NCBI RefSeq assembly: GCF_011386835.1
Contig: NC_088793.1
Coordinates: 118,730,001-118,794,000, forward strand
Source of the DNA: Chrysemys picta bellii
Taxonomy: Eukaryota
Direction of reading: 5' to 3'
Length of the DNA stretch: 64,000 nt
Shown here: one piece after another, positions 1 through 11,609 of the stretch
Layout of the letters: each line of letters begins with the position of its first letter
Position numbering within the stretch: position 1 is the first letter of the stretch
Notes under the pieces: generated by a model
Told to the model about the DNA's origin: nothing
Database searches by the model: none
Seen by the model: only the letters and a program-made list of their open reading frames with translations
Position numbers and translations under genes: made by a program

Positions 1-1025
1 GCACATCGGTTATAGCTCATGCCAGACTGCATGAGATCCCTCCACGTGTGGTTCGGTTCAGTTTACAGATCGAACAGAGACTAATTTATATGAAATGTGG
101 AAGTCATCTTGGGAGTGAATTTCGGATGACTTTGTTGGGGAAGAACACAGTGAAGAGGGATGCGCCATCAGAGCCACTATCTCCCCTATCCTTCTTGCTT
201 AGGTGATGGCGATCAGGAACACCATCTTCATGGAAAGATGTGTTAAAGAATAAGTGGCCATGGCTTCACATGGCAGTCTAGTCCATCCTTCATATGCTCG
301 ATGTGAGGAGAGCCTTGAACTTCTATTTAGACAGGACAAGAGCTTTGAGAAAATCTCTTGAGACTTCCTCTCCATTGCAGATAGGTCAAAAGGTACAGTG
401 ATTTCAGCTCAGGGACTCTCCAAATGGGTCTCGAACTGTATCTTCTCTGTTACCAGATGCATAATGTAGCACCCCCGTCTTCAATATGCACGCACTCTAC
501 AAGGTTGGTCTCCACTTCCATCGCCTTCTCCAAGGCATCCCTATATCAGAAATCTGCAGGGCGGCTCCATGGGCATCTGCACATACCTTTGCAGAACACT
601 ATACTCTCCTGGGAGACTTGGCTGCAGACACCAGTTTCGGTGCCACAGTACTATCATCTGTAATAGACTCTATGCCAATGTCCCAGCCTCCAGGAGTGGG
701 CACTCCTCGGGAGCCACCTACCTTGTGCAGTAACAATGGTTCTTCGAGATGTGTCTCCCGATGGGTGCTCCACAACCTGCCCTTCTTCCCTCTACATTGG
801 AATTCTTGTCAATGACTCTGCAGTAGAGAAGGAACTGAAGAGGGTTCACCCATGCACGCTGGTTAGCCTCGTGACAGGCGAGGAGCAGTGCATATACGGG
901 CTGAATGGACACTGCTAAGAAAGTTCTCTGATCAGCAGCACAGGGGCACAGACACACCTATAGCGGAGCACCTGTTGGGGGACACATCTCAAAGAACCAT
1001 CATTACTGCACAAGGTGAGTAACTT
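1..1025 (+). mobile_element. DIRS1-type (tyrosine recombinase) retrotransposon, 3' portion, internally deleted and rearranged; extends past the window start
   Basis: The + strand at 288-660 translates, with frameshifts, to LHMLDVRRALNFYLDRTR...SKWVSNCI...HSTR...ICRAAPWASAHTFAEHY, the C-terminal half of a DIRS YR. Bases 1-80 resemble the RT-RNaseH connection (HARLH.RSLHVW.GSVYR). The 3' end (822-1025) matches the end of the second element at 14891-15100. Confidence 0.85.
716..1020. repeat. Inverted repeat: DIRS internal complementary region (716-773) vs 3' terminus (963-1020)
   Basis: The reverse complement of 716-773 (gtggagcacccatcgggagacacatctcgaagaaccattgttactgcacaaggtaggt) aligns by eye with 963-1020 (gcggagcacctgttgggggacacatctcaaagaaccatcattactgcacaaggtgagt). 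Confidence 0.85.
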
Positions 1026-1869
1026 CTTCTCCTGTATATATTTAGTATACAGTATGTGTATATCTACGCATATATATTTGACACACACAAACCTTCCATC
1101 AGCATTTCTCCAGTGTGGTGTATTTATAATTCATATTTCGTGTTGTTGGTGCCAGCAAAGCACTTTTTCCATATTATTTTCTCCACCGCCTGGATAATAC
1201 AATACTACTGATGGACTAGAAGCTACTGGTGAGGAAATATAGTAATGGACATGATGCATTAAAATGTCAAAAGGGAAAAAATGGGAAGGAGGGGAAGAGG
1301 AATACACTTCAAAAAAAATCTAAATTACAAAAAATATATATCTTCTGAACATTTTAAGTCTTAGATACAGTGAGTGTTGCCATAATGGTTTCAGATATTC
1401 AAAGAGAGGAATGTTGTAACTACATTGGCTGCCAGTTTAACCCTTTTGATCTTGGAATTTAGGTTTACAATTATAATCATGATTTTAAAAAGCACACTTG
1501 TGACATGCAGTGCTTAAAAGCAGAAAGGTTTAAAGTGCTGCAATAAAACCTCTTTTTATTATGCCTGGGGTGAGGTGTAGGGTTTCCTATTGTTTCCTAT
1601 CTTCCTCCTGAACTTGGAGGTGCTGTTTTTCTCTACTGAGAAGTGTTATGGAGTTCAGGGAGGTTAAGTACTCATTCAAGTTTCTATGCTTATTCAAACC
1701 AGGCCATTTTTAGATGTGAGGCTGCCAGCTGTGAAATCCCCAGAGTAAACTAAGCTAAGACAGCAACTAGTAGCTGTAATTGGAGCCAGCACTGGGGGCA
1801 TTTCATCTATTGCCTTTGAAACAGGATCCTATTATAGAAAGCATCCTTCTGCCCAGTCGTCTCTCTGGC

Positions 1870-2312
1870 AGAATTCAATTTTTCTTTTTTTATCGTTTCA
1901 ACGGATAATATCCATGTTTATTTTTAAGCATTTTTTACATTTTTATTGATTTAAAGTTTCAGTTACACAAAAAGTATCTTTTTTCTATTTTAATCTATTT
2001 AAATTTTCACAGTTGTGGGAAATTGTGGGGGGTCAGACATTAATTATTTCATGGTAGTGGACACTGAGAGGCAAAAGGTTAAAGCTTTATAATGGTTAAC
2101 ACACAAATTGTCAACATCACATGAAAATATACAAAGTAAATAGCTTTACATCAAACTCTGAGTTCTCAAGCAGCATTTTCCTTACTTTGTCCATCTGTAA
2201 TTATTATCAGTAATCTATTATCATCGTTGTAATATTTTTTCATCGATTTGTGCGTGAGCAGTGAGATCGATGTTTACCGACATTTACCGACAAAAATCTA
2301 ATCCTCCCAAGC
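1870..2312. mobile_element. AT-rich non-autonomous DNA transposon-like repeat (boundaries approximate)
   Basis: Contains the tandem motif tttaccgaca-tttaccgaca and ends aaaatctaatcctcccaagcc, which I recall from abundant turtle interspersed repeats. No TSD verified. Confidence 0.4.
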
Positions 2313-5300
2313 CAATATAATATTAATATACAATTATTGTGTAAGACGAAAGCTGCAAAGGAGCTAGTCTTACTGAATTTCAGAATATCCACAACTCTAA
2401 AACTTCAAGGTGTTTCATCCCCCTCCAAAGACTCCCAGACTTTTGATTTCCTAGAGGAGCCTTAACAAATCTAGTCAAAATGAGCCCCACCTTGCCTTCT
2501 ATTAGCACTGCTTGGATACCCAAGCAATAAATTTCAGTCAGGGAGACTGCATTCTGCTTCCAAAAAAAAATCCCCCTACAGTTTCAATTGGATGATACGG
2601 TATTTGCTTCTTGGCCTAAACAGTTGTGTAGTGTTCCTGTGAACTGTTAAACATCTGCTGCGCTCCACCTCAAAGTTGGCTGCATTTCAGTGTTTTGGTG
2701 AAGGGATTTCTGTGTATACAAAGTTTCTAAGTGACTTTGGGATCAAAGGAAAGATATTAATGATAGTTGTAATTGAGCTTTCTAGCTGAGGCGCTAAACC
2801 AAGGTTGATGGATTTTTCTTTAAAGACCTTGCCCCTCCTCCCTCCGCCAAAAATAGTCATTTACTTCCAGCTGGTGCTTTTTTTCTTTTTTTTCCCCCTT
2901 CAAGTGAACTTCCTTTGCTCATGTTTTGCATTTGGGAGCAGAACCATATACAGGTTTTTCCTGAGGTAAGAAATTTTTCAGAAGGGGTAGAGTATAATTT
3001 AGCTGGTGTATACTTGTTAAACTAAAGAGAGGCAGGAAGTGTCTCTTTTGCGATTTTTATAAAGATATATATTATAAATCATCTCAAATTGCAGATAAAA
3101 ATGTGTAAAGACAGCAGAAACTTCACACTGAACAAAATTATTTGTGTACTGGAGTGAGGGGAATACATTTTTATCTGGAATTTTGTTTTACTGAAAAGCA
3201 AATCCATCATTTTGGAGTCCTGGGTGGCAGCAGGCTATAGATCCCACACAGGAATATGGAACCAATGATTTAGGGAGACTGTTTTTTGTTACTCATCCAT
3301 CAAATGGACTGCTGTATGCTGTTCATGCCATTAGAGATCAACCACAGACCTCAGGAATAAACAGTCCTTCCCTCCTTTGAAAGTAACCATTTTTAAATTG
3401 TGAAAGCAAAGGTATATTGGGCAGGGAAGGGGTGATTGATTCTCTGATAGTGGCTCTGAATTTTCAGAAATCTCAAAGATACTTTGATTTGATTACTGTC
3501 TCACTTCCAATTTTGGCTTAGTCCCTTTAGTTATTTAGAAAAGATGATTCCCTCTATTGGAATTATAGTTCTGTTGAAACAGATTTGCAGTATAGGAATC
3601 TATTTAGCTTAGGAACCTGCTGCCTCTGAACTGGATTTAATGGGAAACACAAATTAACTTCTGCTTTTAATGGAGAGATATTATCTTTATCGATGGAATA
3701 CTAAGAATACAGTGCTTCATCGATTGCTTTTCTAGGACAATCACAAAGCTTGGCCTCTTCAAGAGAAAGGGAGATGTCATTTTGAACACTGTTTTTGAAT
3801 GATCAGGAGTATTTCAAGACCCAGATAACAAGCTTTCGTAGATAAGATCAGTCTGTTGGCCAGAGAAACTATTGGTTTGCATCATTACCTTAATCTGAAG
3901 AACAGGAAGAAAATGTGTGTGATGTAGATGGGGACCATGGGAATCAAAACAGGATGAAGAGTCCCTTGTTCCTAGTGGGCAGAATGGAAAAAGTGAAAGA
4001 ATGATCAAGTCTCATTGTGACCTGACACATGCAATGTGCAACTTGTACAGCAGAGAAAAAAAAGGAAGGGTCTTGTACTTTGTTAACGGAGTTGACATAC
4101 CAAGGATGTTCAGGGGAGGTTAAAAGAAAATAATGCCTTTCTCTTAAGCTATAAACCTTTTGCAGCACGGACTCTCTTCCTATGTAGAATGGTGGAACAT
4201 CCATTTTTATTGGGCCGGTAGCTGCTAATATAAGATAAATATTAATAATAAAGACATAAATGCGGCTAATTCCAGAGTATAAGGGGTTACATTTCATATG
4301 TTACTGGAGAGCTACCCAACTTCTCTCATCTACAGCTGTAGGTGTGTCTCTGTGTAATGATGATAGCAGATGCACTGAAACTGTCAAACTGTTCCTCTGA
4401 CCTCAGTGAGTTTCTGGTGTCTTTTGAGCAAAAGATGCAGGAAGAGCCTGCTGGGGATTTGTATTGACATATGCACCGTGTCACTAGCATGAGAATGTCC
4501 GAATGCAGAAATCCTGAGGCTGATAATTATATTATTATAACTATTATTTTATTATTGGTAAAAATTAAATAGCCCCAGGCTGTTGGGCAAGAATGCTAGT
4601 GGAAATCCTGCCCCTCTTGAAATCCCTTTTCAGGACCTGCTGCCTTGCATTGCTCTCCCTTGCCATGTTGCTGCACCCTGTTCTGTTGTATTCAGTGTGC
4701 TGGGAGACAAAGGACATTTGCCCTGAAAATCCTGAACTTTGAAGTGCTGGCATTAAGTGATCAGGATTTTAGTTAGTTGCCAGCACAGTGAGAGCTCCGT
4801 AGAGCTAGGCAGTGCTCAAAAGTGATGCAAAAATGCGACTGAGCCATCATAAAATTTTGATGGAGGGAAGTGTGAGAATCACAGGGCAAGATCAAAGTGG
4901 CAGAGGAAGTTGAGGATCCTGGATTCTTTTTGTGGCAGTAATACATGGGGGGAAATTGGATCAGTTCTTCAGCAATTGCACATAGGGAAGTGTGAAAAAT
5001 TCCATGTCTGTTTCCCTTTGTTTATATTTTTAGTGCACACATTGGTGACCTTATGGCTGCTAAATGCACCAGGAACAGATTCTCACCTGCTTTCAAGTAA
5101 TTCATTTTGGAATTGCAGTTCCCAGGGCATTCTGCCTTTTTAATAATGCTATTTATAAACATACACAAAAATAGAAGGTACATAGTGAGAGAGTCATATG
5201 AGTCACTCCTAATTTTGGTTTCAAGTCAAACCAGACTAAACTAGCCCTCTTAGCATTTTGATTCAGCTTGACTGACTCCTTTCATTCCCATACTGTACAA

Positions 5301-5339
5301 GACAAGTTGATTTTTCCAACAAACCAGTTCACTTGAAAG

Positions 5340-5710
5340 TGGGTGGAGCAGGACCTTGCCTCGTGGTTGTAGTGGAAGTTCGGAGCAATGGCAAGCACAG
5401 AGCCAGGATTCAGGTGGCAAGTCAAAAAAATCAGAAGTCAAGATCAGGAACACCAAGCTGAAGAATAAGCCAAAGTCAGGGTTGAGAACCCAAGCCAGAG
5501 GTCGGGACAGGGCAGAGAGGCAAGGGTTAGGCTGAAACGGGCGGGAGTCAAGGCAGGAGTGGGGCTGGAACAAGGACTGGAAGCAGGCTGGAACAGGAAG
5601 CAGAAGGGAGAGCAGGGCAAGCGCAGTTGCGGGCGTGGTACTCATTGAGCAGTTGTTGTGCTGCCACAGCTGCAAGGCTCAGTTAGCAGGCTGCTGACCA
5701 CCCTGCCCTA
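5340..5710. mobile_element. Possible degraded LTR (Gypsy-like) fragment
   Basis: Purine-rich block of short reiterated motifs (agtcagg, ggctggaac) resembling reptile LTR sequences. Recognition is from recall only. Confidence 0.3.
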
Positions 5711-8700
5711 TCAGGAAGCACGACTATTTGGAGAAGGCTTGTTGGGCCCAGCAAAGCTTGCTGGGTTGTCTAGCGTCCAGCTGTGCTCCTGACATTACTG
5801 TTCGGACTACAGAATCCCTCTTTGTCCCATCGCATGCTCCACTTGTGCCAAGAAATGTATCTCCTCCTAGTGCTGACATGTTATATCTCATAGGGACAGT
5901 AGACAAGCAGCTGTCTTTAGAACTGCAGTTTAAATCCACCTTGTCAGTAAGGTAGCCGGGGGTCACCAAGAGAGCATAGTTTCAATGTGATTACAAGCCA
6001 TTTGACTTGGTCAGCTTTTCAGCAGTCCCATGTTCTCTGTCACTGAGCATTATGTTGTGTTTATCTAATACAGGTTGCAGTTGTCTACAGATGATTTAGT
6101 TTATTCTTAAACTAGAAAATATAAGAGTAGAAGCCTCAAAGCACATGGAAGAAAGGTGTATAATAAAAATATTTTGGGAAATCATTGTGAGATAAAAAGT
6201 AGTGGCTAAATCCTGCAGTCATTCCACTAAATGTTGGCACATGTTTAAAAAAAATAAAAGACCATTGTTCACATGGTGCTTTATGCAGGGTATGTCTATA
6301 CGGTAGAATAATATACATTAATAATATGTTGCACAGCAATTGGTTCATGTAGATCTTGCTGGTGCGCACTAAATGGTCCCTGATGTGCTTTAACATAGTC
6401 CTGTTTTAAACAGCGTTAGGTTTAGGGAACCTTCAGTACACACTAGGAGTATCTATGCAGACCAATTAAAGTGCAACACATTAGTGTGCTTTAGAAATCA
6501 CATCTCTGTAGTACGCATTGCTGCACCATGTAGACAAGTCCATATAGCAATACCACAATAGGATTATAAAGTCAAAGGACAATGCATTTAGCTAAATACA
6601 CCCATATGTGAGTAGGAGCAAAGGAGATCAGTGATTTATTTCTGTGAGTTAGTGCTACATGTGTCTTGTTATGTTACCTTGGGTATCTCTCCTTATGGCC
6701 ATATTTTCAAAAATGGCCTCTAATTTGAGTCTTCAGCTTTAGAAACCTCAGCCCTGCTTTTCAGACATGTTGAGCACCTGCCTCTCCCATTAACTTCAAT
6801 TGGAGTTGTGGATGCTCCGCCCTGAAATTCAGGACTTCTGTGTCTACAGCTGAGCACCAAAATTTGAGACCATTTTTGAAAGTCTGAGTCTTAATTCTGC
6901 TTCTCATTTTTCCTTATCTATAACACTGGGATAAAGAGACATATCCCATTTTGTCAAATGCTTAGAGGTATGTAGTTGAAAAAGCTAAGTAAATGCTATG
7001 TGGTGATGATGTTAATATTCATGAATTAGATTTGCATCTTTCTTTGCTTTTTCGGACTTTGATGTAATGTAAGTAATGCCACTACAATTCACTTGGCTTT
7101 AGATCCCAATGGGAAATGAGTAGGTGGCCAATGAGGTGAACCATTTAGCAGCAAAAATTTCCTAATTTGGTGACAGTAGCCAGTAAATTAAAGATAAACA
7201 CATGTAGCCACAATTTTCAGACGTACCAAGCAGCATAGCTCCAAATCAGGCCAATAGAGAACTGAATTCTGGGTTTATTTTCCTTTTAGGTTCACATCTA
7301 AATGTCACCTTGAATGATGATAACGTTTATAGGAGATGCTGGGTACTATCTTTTCCCTATGATGGTAGCAGATTATTCCACATTTCAGTGTTGCCTTTCA
7401 TGCATGGTGATTGAGCAACTTGGTGTGGGTTGATTCCACTGATGTGGTATCACTACATCCTCACTGGTACTAACCTACATACTTTTGTCATTGATATTTC
7501 ATAATGTTTCTTCACTGTCATCTGCATTTCAAAGCCATGACCCCTCCTTGACTACCCACCCACTCAAGCATACACTTTTCTTTTCACTCCCGCTCCTGAA
7601 AAATGAATTTTATCAAAAGTCTTGTCTTGGTCTCAGCGCCCATCACACCAGAAAATTTCTTGTTTTGTTTTGTTTTTTAATTATTATTATTATTGTAACT
7701 CAGAGTTTCTCCACTAAACAAGGGAAGGGACAAATACATGTTTGGGGAGTTTTATAGTAACAGCTAACAAAAAAAGGGAAGATTAAGTTTTAATATAGTG
7801 TTACATTATATTTGATTTTATATATATATATATGTATACACACACACACACATACTTACCTTTAAATGCCATTTTAAGGCTTTTGTAACATCCTGATCTC
7901 ATACAATTTTGTTGTGGTTTAAGTTATTACTCACTGATAAGTTTGGGGTCAGAGCACAGCAAGCAATTACTTTTTTTATTTTTCTTTCCTTTCCTTCTCT
8001 CTCCCAATTCACAACCTCCCCTGATGGTAGATTACAGCTTCACTTCTCCAAGGAAGCTCATAATGTGGCAAGGGGGAAAATCCATAACAAACGTGTGTGT
8101 GAGAGAGAGAGTGAGTGTAAATCCTCCAGGGAAAATGTGTTTGTAGATCTCACTCCTGAATTACTCTCATTATAATAACCCATTTGGTGTCAGAATATGA
8201 CAGATTATAAGTGTTTATGGCTAGTCCCCGCTCAAGACAGATTTAAATAAAATACTTCTGGTTATTGTGCAGGTCAGTGTGTTTAAATAACAACCCCCCA
8301 AATCATACTTTGACATTTAAAAGAGAGAGGAAATATTGTCATGCGGCAGACCTAGCACAGATAAGCGCAAGGCAATTTGGTCAGTACACTGTGATTTGTG
8401 AGTACAGTCTAACATACTCATTTTCACAGCTTGTAATCAAATAGCCACCTTAGCAATGTGTCAGCATTAAAAAAAATACTCCTTTTAAAATGTTTACACA
8501 AATTACCCCCCTGAGATTCTACAGTGCATTCTCTGCAAAACCAATGTAGGTTAAAGATCTGGAGTAAATATGTGCCTAAAGACCTACAGAAAATGAGAGA
8601 ACCTAATCCCCACACACACACCCCACAAAAGGTCAAACTCTGACATGTTTCCTTGCGAGAAGTAAGGTTTTACTTTTGTTCTTGCGAGAAGCTTAAACCA

Positions 8701-9934
8701 CTCTTATCATTCTGAATAGCTAATCCTGATCCACCTCTGGAATTTCCTGATATTGTGCCTGGTGTTTCTGATATTCATTTTGTAATAAAGTCATCAGGCC
8801 CAACCTGAGAAAGATGACCTCGAAGAGCACTTGACATGAGATGGAAACATTTAATAGGTACTAAACCAATAGACCAGTCAGCATTCCTCAAAGTAGCTCA
8901 GTGCTATGAAGTGGTTTCACTGTAAGAGCTTGAAATAGCCCACTAACCTACTGGTGATTTCAGGCCCAATTAAGTAATGGCACCTCCGTTTAAGGGACAG
9001 AATTCTTGCTCAGATAGCAGTGACCTCTATTATGCCATGGACTCCTGGTATTGTCAGTGTATTTTCTGTAATCTCTGTTCTTTCATAAAATTGCCTTGTT
9101 TTGCTTTGTTATAATGACCAGATCTAGCATTTCAACCCCGCTTTTTGAATGTAGAGCTCAGTACTTCAGCTCAGAACACACGGTTCGCACGGTTAAATGA
9201 GATCTCTGCTACTGAAGCCACCCCGAGGTTGCTCTTTTTTACATAGACGAGGGGTTAAGTACCAACGAGTTCTCAGATTGATTGCAAATGAAAGAGAAAT
9301 ACCCCTAACTTTCTTAAAGAACACTGCAAATGTGGATGTTTTGAAATAGACTAACTTCAGCTATGAGCTGAAATCACGCCCTTTAAATAGTGTGTCCAAA
9401 CATTTCTTACGTTCAGTTTTATGTAAAAACTTTTGTAAGAGTTTTTGTGCTTCCCTGCTGAGGTTTATATGGGCCTTCTCAGCAAGGGAGAGTGATTGGG
9501 CCTCACAGTAACAGCACTAAACGTGCTCAGGTCATCCCTCCCCCCATCTGTGCACACTCCTGCCTGCTTGCCACTTCTGCAGCAGCATTGAGGTAAGGCC
9601 ATAAAGAGGCTAAGCTCTATCCCCAGGTCTGCAAAGTGGCCCCAAGGAATGAAAAACATTCTGAAGAGACTGGCAACTGAAAAAAAGGGGCTCCTGCCTC
9701 CTAGGTTATCCCCCAACTGGGGTTCCATGCAGGGCCTGGGGAGGGAGGAATAGGTTTTTCCCAAACCTCCAGGTTTCAGTTGCTCCCTAGCCTCATGATA
9801 GGTGCTTGGGGAGTGAAGAAAGAGGGTTCACCTGGGCACCCCCAGTCCCTGTCACTTACCTGCTCCATACAGGGGTCTTGAGAAAAGGGGATACTTTCAG
9901 TGTTCCAAACTTGTACACAATGTTACCACTGGGC

Positions 9935-10153
9935 CAAAGGGGCCTACACCCGGGGCCCCGGCCAGTTGGGGGGCCCCAGAAAAATGGGTGCCTGCCCCGC
10001 CCACCCAACAGTCCTGCTGGCGAGCAGGGCAAGCTCCCGCGCCCTGACCCCATTTCCCCGGCAGGATTGTGGGGGGCGGAGGGGACTGCAGGCAGAAGGG
10101 GAGGGGCCCCCACTTGCTGTGGCCCAGGACCCCACAAAAGCTTAATCCGCCTC
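9935..10153 (-). mobile_element. GC-rich MITE fragment
   Basis: Abrupt GC-rich island. Its reverse complement begins cagaggcggattaagcttttgtggggtcctgggcc, typical of reptile non-autonomous DNA elements. Confidence 0.5.
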
Positions 10154-10530
10154 TGCTGTTCTGATTCTGTGTTCCCAGTACATTCCTCGGAAGGCTTGGG
10201 GAAGAGCATGAATATGAACTCCCCTCCAGAACAGTAAATGGGAAAGATGTCATCATGCTTAGTGCATGAGACAGGAAGAGCAACTATCAACAAAACAGTG
10301 AAACTGACAGTACACAAAGTGCTGTCAGTTCCACAAAGTAAATAAAAATATAGAATTTATTCCTAATCTCGTTCAATCACAGTATCCTTAGGGATTACTT
10401 GTAGCAATAGTAGGTTAAAACAGAACAAACAAAGGTGAATATAAGTGTGGCTTTTTGAGCTATTGGTGTCACTTTATAATAGCCCAAATGACTTTCCTCC
10501 AAAGTGGAAAGAAAACAGTATGCTAAGGTG

Positions 10531-10810
10531 TCATAAAATCATAGACATTAGAGATGGAAAAGACCTGGTTCATCATCTAGTTCAGCCCCCTGCAAATGCA
10601 GAATTGTTCCCTACAGTGTATATTCTAATGCGTTTTGTAGTCTATTTGTAAATGAGTAAAGGAATGGGATTTCCATCACTTCCATTAAAGGATAAATATC
10701 CCTCAAGGTTAGGGTGTTTTCCATTAAATTTAGCCTAACTTTTTTCAATTTCTTCTTGTTATTCCTAGTTATAATCACTTGCATTCCCTTTAACCAGTGC
10801 CTTCCTTGGT
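10531..10810 (-). mobile_element. CR1 LINE 3' end fragment
   Basis: cataaaatcatagacattagagatggaaaagacc...catctagttcagccccctgc resembles the reverse-complemented CR1 3' tail (catagaatcatagaa...). Confidence 0.55.
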
Positions 10811-11609
10811 GATCACACCCTTAAGGCTTTGTACGGCTCATAGGATTTCTTCAGCAGTGTAGTATACAGCTGATTAGTTAAGTTCTCACCAGTAGATGTC
10901 ACTCCATGTGTAAAAACTGTTTTTTTAAAAACCTCAGCAATTAATTTTAATGTTGCCTTGCAAAAATAAAGAGTTTGGGGGGCATGTAGGGAAGAGATTG
11001 GTAATATATTTTCAAATAACTATTACTTAAACAATAGTGAAACAACGCAGAAGGAAGCATAAGATTTTTGACTTTATTCCAACAACCAACAGATGATGCT
11101 ATGACCTTAAGCATATATAAATATGTTTAGCAGCTGCTGTGTAACATATTTATAAGTGTTTAGTGACTTGGAGGTTAATCAAAATGAGTTTGGTGATCTC
11201 CGCTCAGTTCTTAATGGACTCTACTTCATATTATAGCACTGATGCAGCACAGTTTGTCACAGTCAGCAGTCTTTACTCAAAGGGAGACCCACTGTCAAGT
11301 GAGAATTAGAGGCTGAAGTAATACCTACTTTTTACCCCCTACCAGAAACTGTCCATTCCAGGCCATCATAGAGCAGTACTGTTGGTGAGCTGTGTATTGG
11401 ACACTGCACCTGACCTCAGGATAAAACAGTCTTTACTCAGATAAAGTTTTAGCTATCAGGGTCTCTAAATTGTTCCGTATGTAATATAGTTCAGTATTGG
11501 TCAGTACTTTAATAGGAGACCACCAAAGAAAACTGGTGCTCGGTGATTCTCTGTTTCCTTACCAAATCAATGTGCTAAGATAGAACTGGATTACAGTGAA
11601 AACTGAAGT

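Noticed and set aside
8652-8692. Short direct repeat cttgcgagaag occurring twice
   Set aside because: Only 11 bp; consistent with local slippage, with no further structure.
9806-10317. Cluster of overlapping 60-150 aa ORFs
   Set aside because: Stop-poor because of a GC-rich MITE; no recognisable protein motifs.
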